Origin: an uncultured Thermoleophilia bacterium
Lineage (GTDB): Bacteria > Actinomycetota > Thermoleophilia > UBA2241
Direction of reading: 5' to 3'
DNA: 64,000 bases
Assembly: GCA_963700035.1 (NCBI GenBank)
Contig: CAVOWE010000018.1
Coordinates: forward strand, 170,378 to 234,377
The translations under genes were made by a program, and so were the position numbers. Every line of letters starts with the position of its first letter. Within the stretch, counting starts at the first letter, position 1. Below, piece by piece: positions 57,863 through 64,000 of this stretch. Under the pieces are notes generated by a model. That model was not told where the DNA came from, did not search any database, and worked only from the letters and a program-made list of their open reading frames with translations.

Positions 57863-59347
57863 GGTACGCGTCCGACGGTGATCCTGCGTGCTTGCCCCTC
57901 GTACGACGTCGCCAGAGTCAGGGCCATCGTCCGCGAGGGCCTCGAGGAGTTGGGGCTTCGCCCGCACGGCAGGACCCTGGTGAAGCCGAATCTCGTCTCC
58001 AGCGGCGCGCTGTTCGCCAACGCGTACACCCGCTCGGAGTTCATGGAGGGCGTCCTGCTGGCTCTCCGCGACCGTGACCATGGACGGATGACTGAACTGG
58101 CCGTGGGCGAGCGGAGCGGTATCACAATCCCGACGCGTTACGCCTACGCCAAGGCGGACTACAACCCGGTGCTCCGCAGAACCGGCGCGAAGCGCTACTG
58201 CTTCGAGGAAGAGCGCCAGGTGGAGGTCCCGCTGCGCCACGCAGACCGGCTGCGCGACTCGGTCTTCGTCCCACAGTCTGTGACCAGCACCGACTTCTTC
58301 GTCAACTGCCCGAAGTTCAAGGGGCATCCGTGGACGACGGTCACCTTCTCGATGAAGAACTTCATCGGCATCCAGGACGACCGTCACCGCATGATCGACC
58401 ATCATCACCGCTTGAACGCCAAGGTCGTGGACCTCCAGCACGTGATCCAGCCGGACTTCATCGCCCTCGACGGCATTGTCGCCGGGCAGGGCGCCATGCT
58501 CACGCCCATCCCCTTCGACCTGCAGCTCGTCGTGATGGGCGACAACCAGGTCGCGCTCGACGCGGTGTGCTGCACGATCATCAGGGTCGATCCGGGCACA
58601 GTGGAGCACATCCGGTCGGCGCACGAGCACGGTCTGGGTCCGATCGACCTGGCGGGGATCGACATCACCGGCGACGTGGACCTCGCCGAGGCGCGTCGCC
58701 GCGCGCGCGGGTTCAAGGTCGGTCTCGCCAGGGTCGAGGAGTACTTCGAGGGGACCACGATCTCGTGCTATGCCGGACCGCCGACGGAGGATGGGGTCCC
58801 GGACTACTGCTGGGGAGGCTGTCCGGGGGCGCTGATCGAAGCGATCCAGGTCCTGAGGCGGTTCGACTCGCAGACCGACCGGAAGATGCCGAGGATCCAT
58901 CTGGTGTTCGGGGCTTATGCGGGCAAGATCCCGGCCAAATCGGGCGAGCGGGTCATCTTCGTGGGCGACTGCGCGACCTGGAAGGGCGAGGTCGCGGGTC
59001 GCGAGGTGTCGATCGAGAGGCTGCCACTGTCCCCGACTCTCACCGATCCCCATCACGCCCGTCACGACGACATCTACGCGAAGATGGCGAAGGTGACGTG
59101 GCGCCTGATGAGGGCAAGGGGAGAGAACCACCTGCGGCTTCGCGGTTGCCCGATCAGCGTTGCCGAGATGGTGCTCGTGTTGTCCCACGTGAGCGGAGCG
59201 AAGAACCCGTACTTCGACCCGCGCATCGTGCTGGACTTCAACCGAGGGTATCTGGCATGGCGTCTCGCCGCGCTGCGGCGCGGCAGGTACCAGGAGCCAC
59301 CCGGCCGTGCAGAGGCATGGCACGCCGCGCCCCACGGCCGGCCGTAG
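57863..59347 (+). CDS. Cassette 16a: DUF362-domain protein (uncharacterised, often Fe-S associated)
   Basis: RPTVILRACPSYDVARVRAIVREGLEELGLRPHGRTLVKPNLVSSG...FIALDGIVAGQG...; start at ATG 57833 or 57863. Confidence 0.6.
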   Translation, partial: GTRPTVILRACPSYDVARVRAIVREGLEELGLRPHGRTLVKPNLVSSGALFANAYTRSEFMEGVLLALRDRDHGRMTELAVGERSGITIPTRYAYAKADYNPVLRRTGAKRYCFEEERQVEVPLRHADRLRDSVFVPQSVTSTDFFVNCPKFKGHPWTTVTFSMKNFIGIQDDRHRMIDHHHRLNAKVVDLQHVIQPDFIALDGIVAGQGAMLTPIPFDLQLVVMGDNQVALDAVCCTIIRVDPGTVEHIRSAHEHGLGPIDLAGIDITGDVDLAEARRRARGFKVGLARVEEYFEGTTISCYAGPPTEDGVPDYCWGGCPGALIEAIQVLRRFDSQTDRKMPRIHLVFGAYAGKIPAKSGERVIFVGDCATWKGEVAGREVSIERLPLSPTLTDPHHARHDDIYAKMAKVTWRLMRARGENHLRLRGCPISVAEMVLVLSHVSGAKNPYFDPRIVLDFNRGYLAWRLAALRRGRYQEPPGRAEAWHAAPHGRP

Positions 59348-59559
59348 CGTATGTGCGCACCACCATGCTCGGCACGCACGCGCTCAGCGGCAGCAGCCCC
59401 TGCGTTCGCAGTCCGCCGGCAGCCTCCAGCGCGCTGTGCACCGACCGCATATCACCATCGTCCGCCTCGGTCGGTGACGCCTTGCGCAAGAGGACGCAGG
59501 CTCCTTCGCGTCTGGCGGAGTCTGAGTACTTCTTGTTGGACACACCTCGAGGGGAGTCA

Positions 59560-60024
59560 TTGACCGAGATCGTCCAGGCGACGTCGCGCTCCGACGTGGA
59601 TGCGGCCCGGCGGCTGTTCGCAGAGTACGCTGCCTCACTCGACATCGACCTCAGCTTCCAAGACTTCGCATCTGAACTCGAGGGGCTCCCCGGCGAGTAT
59701 GTACCGCCCTCGGGCGCCCTGCTCCTCGCCATGGAGGGCGAGGAAGCCGTGGGCTGCGTGGCATTGCGCCCGTTCGAGGCTCTCATCGTCGCTGAGATCA
59801 AGCGCCTCTACGTCGTTCCCGCCGCACGCAATCGGGGTCACGGCATCCTCCTTGCCGAGGCGGCGATCGATGCGGCCCGCGCGGCGGGGTACGCCCTCGT
59901 CCGCCTCGACACCCTGTCATCGATGCAAGCCGCACAGCGCCTGTATGAAGGTCTCGGCTTCAGCGACATCGATGCGTATCGGCACAACCCGCACGAGGTG
60001 CGCTATCTTGAGCTGATGCTGTGA
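59560..60024 (+). CDS. Cassette 16b: GNAT acetyltransferase
   Basis: LTEIVQATSRSDVDAARRLFAEYAASLDIDLSFQDFASELEGLPGEYVPPSGALLLA...RNRGHGILLAEAAIDAARAAGYALVRLDT; TTG start with GAGGGGAG SD. Confidence 0.7.
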   Translation: MTEIVQATSRSDVDAARRLFAEYAASLDIDLSFQDFASELEGLPGEYVPPSGALLLAMEGEEAVGCVALRPFEALIVAEIKRLYVVPAARNRGHGILLAEAAIDAARAAGYALVRLDTLSSMQAAQRLYEGLGFSDIDAYRHNPHEVRYLELML

Positions 60025-60028
60025 GGCG

Positions 60029-60119
60029 GTCCAACAAGCGCATCAACCTTACGCGCTCACGCGCTGCGTCACACTCGACGCGCAGCTCGCGCAGGCCATG
60101 CACCAGACACTGGATGGGA
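60029..60119 (+). repeat. attC 16 (GTCCAAC ... GATGGGA; last recognisable attC)
   Basis: gtccaacaagcgcatcaaccttacgcgctcacgcg...cgcgcaggccatgcaccagacactgGATGGGA. Confidence 0.55.
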
Positions 60120-60604
60120 AGCTCGGAACGTTGAGCGACTCCTCTCGCAGCCCGATCGCCCAATCCACGCTCGAGACCGAGCGCCTTCTGCTGCGTCGGT
60201 TCGCGCACAGCGACGCCGCAGCGCTGCATGGCTGCACGATCGAGGCGCACTGGCAGCGCTGCGGCTTCGGCGACTTCACCGTCCTCGAACGCGAGCCCGA
60301 CGCGCTCGTCGGCTTCGCCGGCCTGCACCGCATCGCCGGCATGGCCGAGGTGAACGTCGGTCGCGCGCTCGTGCCCGTCTGCTGGGGGCGCGGCCTCGGC
60401 ACCGAGCTCTGCCATCCTCTGCTCGCTCACGGCTTCACGGACCTTGGTCTGCCCGAGATCGTCGCCGTCATCGACCCGCGCAACACGGCCTCCGTCGCAC
60501 CGGCGAACCGCTGCGGGCTCACCTTCCGTCGCGACCTCACCTGGCAGGGCCAAGCGCGGGTGCTCCACGCGATGATGCGGGCGGAGTTCGAGGCCGGGCC
60601 TTGA
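60098..60604 (+). CDS. GNAT acetyltransferase (RimJ/RimL-like) immediately after the last attC; start may be TTG 60131
   Basis: [21 protein letters not shown]...[58 protein letters not shown]. Confidence 0.7.
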   Translation: MHQTLDGKLGTLSDSSRSPIAQSTLETERLLLRRFAHSDAAALHGCTIEAHWQRCGFGDFTVLEREPDALVGFAGLHRIAGMAEVNVGRALVPVCWGRGLGTELCHPLLAHGFTDLGLPEIVAVIDPRNTASVAPANRCGLTFRRDLTWQGQARVLHAMMRAEFEAGP

Positions 60605-60671
60605 AGGTAGGGTGGGTCTGCCCGACGGATCATTGGTGTCGCGGACGTTGAGACTTCATGAGGAGAGGGAG

Positions 60672-61340
60672 ATGCTGCCCTACGATTCCATCCCACACCC
60701 TTCCTACGCTGAGTACTCAGTCGAGGAGATGAAGCGCCGCGCGGCGGAGTTCAGCGCGGACATCAGCCGCCGCCGGACAGTGCGTGACTTCTCCGACCGG
60801 CCGGTGCCGCGCGAGATCATCGAAGACTGTCTGCGCGCGGCCGGCAGTGCACCGAGCGGCGCCAACCGTCAGCCCTGGCAGTTCGTCGTGGTCGGCGATG
60901 CAGCGCTCAAGCGCGAGATACGCCTTGGGGCGGAGAAGGCGGAGCGCGAGTTCTACCGGCACAGGGCGCCGCCGGAATGGCTTGAGGCCTTGGCCCCGCT
61001 GGGAACGGGCGAGCAGAAGCCGTTCCTCGAGTCCGCCCCGTACCTGATCGTGGTCTTCGCGCAGCAGTACGGCGTGCGGCCGGATGGGCGGAAGGTCAAG
61101 CACTACTACGTGCAGGAGTCGGTCGGTCTGGCGGCCGGCATCCTGATCGCGGCGGTCCACCACGCCGGGCTGGTGGCGCTCACGTACACGCCCAGCCCCA
61201 TGGCCTTCCTGAACGACATCCTGGATCGCCCCTCGAACGAGCGCCCCTTCCTGGTCCTGGTGGTGGGCTTTCCGGCGGCGGATGCGCAGGTGCCGGCGAT
61301 CACCAGGAAGCCGCCGGAGGAGATCGCGACGTTCCTGTAG
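60672..61340 (+). CDS. Nitroreductase-family (NADH/FMN-dependent) protein
   Basis: [41 protein letters not shown]...; SD GAGGAGAGGGA before the ATG at 60672. Confidence 0.75.
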   Translation: MLPYDSIPHPSYAEYSVEEMKRRAAEFSADISRRRTVRDFSDRPVPREIIEDCLRAAGSAPSGANRQPWQFVVVGDAALKREIRLGAEKAEREFYRHRAPPEWLEALAPLGTGEQKPFLESAPYLIVVFAQQYGVRPDGRKVKHYYVQESVGLAAGILIAAVHHAGLVALTYTPSPMAFLNDILDRPSNERPFLVLVVGFPAADAQVPAITRKPPEEIATFL

Positions 61341-61425
61341 AGGGACTTGTGGCGCCTGGGGTCGCGTTTGGCCCGAGAGGGTAGAGTCGCAGCAGGCACG
61401 GACGTGCGCGGCAGAGGAGTGAGGC

Positions 61426-61785
61426 ATGAGCGATGAGACAGTGGTGGGCAAGAAGTCCGACGTCGTCGCGGTGCCCATGGCCGGCGACGGCATCGAGGGC
61501 GTCGTGAAACGCGTGCTCGTCTCGCCCGTCGAGGGCTGGGAGGGCTGGGTGATGCGGCTCTTCGACGTCGACCCCGGCGGGCACACGCCGAAGCACGCGC
61601 ACGACTGGCCGCACATCAACTTCGTAGCCGGCGGGCGCGGCGTGCTGTATCTGGACGGCACGGAGCACGCCCTGGAGGCCGGCTCGTACGCCTTCGTGCC
61701 GGCCGGCCTCGAGCACCAGTTCCGCGCCGCGGCGGACGAGCCGCTGTCGTTCGTCTGCATCGTGCCGGAGGCCGGGGACTACTGA
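61426..61785 (+). CDS. Cupin-domain protein
   Basis: WVMRLFDVDPGGHTPKHAHDWPHINFVAGGRGVLYLDGTEHALEAGSYAFVPAGLEHQF. Confidence 0.7.
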   Translation: MSDETVVGKKSDVVAVPMAGDGIEGVVKRVLVSPVEGWEGWVMRLFDVDPGGHTPKHAHDWPHINFVAGGRGVLYLDGTEHALEAGSYAFVPAGLEHQFRAAADEPLSFVCIVPEAGDY

Positions 61786-62004
61786 ACCGGCGGCGGCCGG
61801 GTCCATCCTTGAAAAGCCGCCGCGAAGGGAATTGACTAGCCTGAGGCCGCGCGGAGGGCCGGCGCTCGGCGCCGGAAGCACAGCGCGGCCGTCGTGAGAC
61901 CGACACCGGCAAGGAAGGTGGCATGTCCCGCCCCCTTCTGACCCACTCGATCTCAGCGCAGACAACGACAACGCCAGGGCCATAGCCGCGCTGACGAGAG
62001 GAGA

Positions 62005-63165
62005 GTGAACGCCGTGCCGCTCGCTGAGAGCAGGATCGCCCAGCTCCACCGCTTCGGCCAGATCCCCTGGTTCGACTACATCAGTCGCGAGCTCGTGGCG
62101 CGCGGCGGTCTCAGACGGATGGTCGACCGTGACGGCCTCGGCGGCGTCACCAGCAACCCTTCCATCTTCCAGAAGGCCATCGGCGCCGGGACGGGCTACG
62201 ACGAGCAGATCCTTGAGCTCGCGCACGAGGGCCTGGACGCGGCGCAGATCTTCGACCGCCTGGCGGTCGAAGACGTGCGCGCCGCCTGCGACGTGCTCGC
62301 GCCCGTGTATCTGGGCAGTGGCGGCCAGGACGGCTTCGTCTCCATCGAGGTCGCGCCCGTGCACGCGTACGATACCGAGAAGACGATCTCCGAGGCCCAG
62401 CGCCTCTTTGCCGCCGTGGACCGCCCCAACGTGATGATCAAGATCCCCGGCACCCGCGAGGGCGTGCCGGCGATCCTCGAGACGCTGCGGCAGGGACTCA
62501 ACATCAACGTCACGCTGCTGTTCTCCATGAGTCACTACGAGGCCGTCGCCGGCGCCTACCTCGAGGCGCTCGAGTACCGGCTGCAGCACGATCTCACGAT
62601 CCGCGCCACGTCGTCGGTGGCGAGCTTGTTCGTCTCGCGCGTCGACACGCTGGTCGACGGGCTGCTGGAAGAAAGGATCGCGGCCGCCGCCGACGCGGCG
62701 GAGCGGCGGCGGCTCGAGGCGCTCAAGGGCACCGCGGCCGTGGCCAACGCCAAGGTCGTCTACGAGCGCTTTCGCAGCTACCTGAACGGCCGCGACTGGC
62801 AGCTCATCGCGGCCTCGGGCGCCAAGGTGCAGCGCATCCTGTGGGCGAGTACGGGCACCAAGAACCCGGCCTACTCCGATGTGCTGTACGTGGACGAGCT
62901 CATCGGCGACCACACCGTGAACACCCTGCCCGAAGTCACCTGGAAGGCCTTCAACGACCACGGCACGCTCGCGCGCACGGTCGACCGTCGTCTTGACGAC
63001 GCGCACCGCGTGCTTCGTGAGCTCGGTCAGCTGGGTATCGATATGGAGCGCCTGGGCGCGAAGCTCCAGATCGAAGGCGTGGAGCTCTTTGCGAAGGCGT
63101 TCGAGGGTGTCGTGGAGATCGTCGAGCAGAAGCGCGCCGACCTGCTCGCCGGCGAAGGAGGCTGA
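62005..63165 (+). CDS. tal: Transaldolase (actinobacterial-type, long form)
   Basis: IPWFDYISRELVARGGL...GVTSNPSIFQKAI...NVMIKIPGTREGVPAI...; GTG start with GAGAGGAGAG SD. Confidence 0.85.
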   Translation: MNAVPLAESRIAQLHRFGQIPWFDYISRELVARGGLRRMVDRDGLGGVTSNPSIFQKAIGAGTGYDEQILELAHEGLDAAQIFDRLAVEDVRAACDVLAPVYLGSGGQDGFVSIEVAPVHAYDTEKTISEAQRLFAAVDRPNVMIKIPGTREGVPAILETLRQGLNINVTLLFSMSHYEAVAGAYLEALEYRLQHDLTIRATSSVASLFVSRVDTLVDGLLEERIAAAADAAERRRLEALKGTAAVANAKVVYERFRSYLNGRDWQLIAASGAKVQRILWASTGTKNPAYSDVLYVDELIGDHTVNTLPEVTWKAFNDHGTLARTVDRRLDDAHRVLRELGQLGIDMERLGAKLQIEGVELFAKAFEGVVEIVEQKRADLLAGEGG

Positions 63166-63166
63166 C

Positions 63167-64000
63167 GTGGACAGCGAAGCACTCGAGGCCGCCGTGCAGG
63201 AGCGCCTTGCGGCGCTCGCCGCGGCCGACTTCTCGGAGCGTCTCTGGGCGGCCGACCCCACACTGTGGAAGGCCGACGACGACGCCCACCAGAAGATCGT
63301 CGCCGACGCTCTCGGCTGGCTCAGCGTCTTCGAGGGCGTGCGCGACGAGGTCCAGGCACTCGGCGAGTTCGTCGCTGAGCTGCGTGCCGAGGGGTTCCGC
63401 TCCGCGGTCCTGCTCGGCATGGGCGGCTCGAGCCTCGCGCCGGAGGTCATGCACGCGATCCTCGGGACGCGGCCGGGCTACCTCGACCTGCACGTGCTCG
63501 ATTCCACCGACCCGGCCGCCGTGGCCGCCGTCGAGGCGGCCGTCGACCTCGAGAGCACGCTGTTCGTGGTCGCCAGCAAGTCGGGCGGCACCACCGAGAC
63601 GGCCTGCTTCCACGCCTACTTCTACGAGCGCCTGCGCGAACACTGCGACGACCACGCCGGTCAGCACTTCGTGGCCATCACCGACGAGGGTACGTCGCTC
63701 GAACAACAGGCGCTCGACCAGGGCTTCCGCGCCGTCTTCGTGAACCCCGGCGACATCGGCGGCCGGTACTCGGCGCTCAGCTTCTTCGGCATCGTCCCGG
63801 CCGCTCTCATCGGCGTCGACCTCGAGCGGCTGCTCGACGGCGTGCGAGCCATGGCCGTGGCCTGCGGACCGGACGTGCCCATCGAGCGCAACCCGGCCCT
63901 GCGGCTCGGCGCCGCGATCGGCGAGCTGGCCCTGCGCGGCCGCGACAAGCTCACGCTCGTCTTCGCGCCGCCGCTGGCGCCTCTGGGCGCCTGGGTCGAG
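63167..64000 (+). CDS. pgi: Glucose-6-phosphate isomerase, N-terminal part (continues past the window end)
   Basis: GTG at 63167, 2 nt after the tal stop: VDSEALEAAVQERLAALAAADFSERLWAADPTLWKADDDAHQKIVADALGWL...SAVLLGMGGSSLAPEV...LFVVASKSGGTTET. Confidence 0.75.
   Translation, partial: MDSEALEAAVQERLAALAAADFSERLWAADPTLWKADDDAHQKIVADALGWLSVFEGVRDEVQALGEFVAELRAEGFRSAVLLGMGGSSLAPEVMHAILGTRPGYLDLHVLDSTDPAAVAAVEAAVDLESTLFVVASKSGGTTETACFHAYFYERLREHCDDHAGQHFVAITDEGTSLEQQALDQGFRAVFVNPGDIGGRYSALSFFGIVPAALIGVDLERLLDGVRAMAVACGPDVPIERNPALRLGAAIGELALRGRDKLTLVFAPPLAPLGAWVE

Larger units (their letters stand above)
48070..60119 (+). mobile_element. Integron-type gene-cassette array (sedentary chromosomal integron or CALIN): 16 attC sites, about 17 cassettes, all on the plus strand; no integron integrase within the window
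   Basis: About 85-90 bp imperfect palindromes of the form RYYYAAC-AAGCGCATCgagcag...ctgctcATGCGCggtgc-GTTRRRY recur after almost every small ORF (listed individually below). Confidence 0.8.

Noticed and set aside
48617-60119. The regularly recurring 85-90 bp repeats as a CRISPR array or as REP/MITE elements
   Set aside because: Repeat spacing is 350-2400 bp, not 30-40 bp. Each interval holds an ORF with SD, and the repeats are imperfect palindromes with RYYYAAC/GTTRRRY ends, which fits attC sites. No cas genes are present.

Overview
This is a very GC-rich bacterial chromosomal segment (estimated about 70% GC, with codon third positions almost all G/C). Because of that, every frame carries long spurious ORFs, so I called genes from protein-like content, known domain motifs and start/stop context rather than ORF length.

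Gene content from left to right:
- a sugar-acid style cluster: class III aminotransferase, a three-domain 2-hydroxyacid dehydrogenase–SCP2–class II aldolase fusion, and an FGGY kinase;
- a LuxE-like / LuxC-like acyl-activation and reductase pair plus a lipoprotein;
- a signalling module: a triple-FHA ABC transporter (ABCG-like half-transporter) next to a tail-anchored Ser/Thr kinase that carries an internal TIR domain;
- a putative RiPP-like operon on the minus strand: PqqD-like protein, radical-SAM/SPASM enzyme, Cys-rich CxC-repeat peptide, TPR membrane protein;
- tRNA-Leu(CAA), followed by a Dlt-like carrier-protein-dependent acylation cluster (flavin reductase, ACP, AMP-ligase, MBOAT, two DltD-like proteins);
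- housekeeping and regulatory genes: esterase, haem-binding protein, M42 peptidase, PQQ-propeller lipoprotein, two MoxR/VWA pairs, cNMP/CBS/DUF294 proteins, sugar-phosphate isomerases, DAK2-DegV, pntAA-pntAB-pntB;
- from about 48.1 to 60.1 kb, a sedentary integron-type gene-cassette array with 16 attC sites. All cassettes are on the plus strand. They carry two toxin-antitoxin pairs, six GNAT acetyltransferases and several small membrane or lipoproteins. No intI gene lies within the window;
- core genes again at the right end (nitroreductase, cupin, tal, pgi).

Two quality caveats. The sequence contains many apparent single-base frameshifts inside otherwise well-conserved genes, so this is probably a draft or indel-prone assembly, or a decaying genome. 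In a few places (near 10.1 kb and 21.6 kb) my own base indexing differs by 1 from the ORF track, so hand-derived coordinates for attC sites, the tRNA and some starts are +/-1 to 2 nt.
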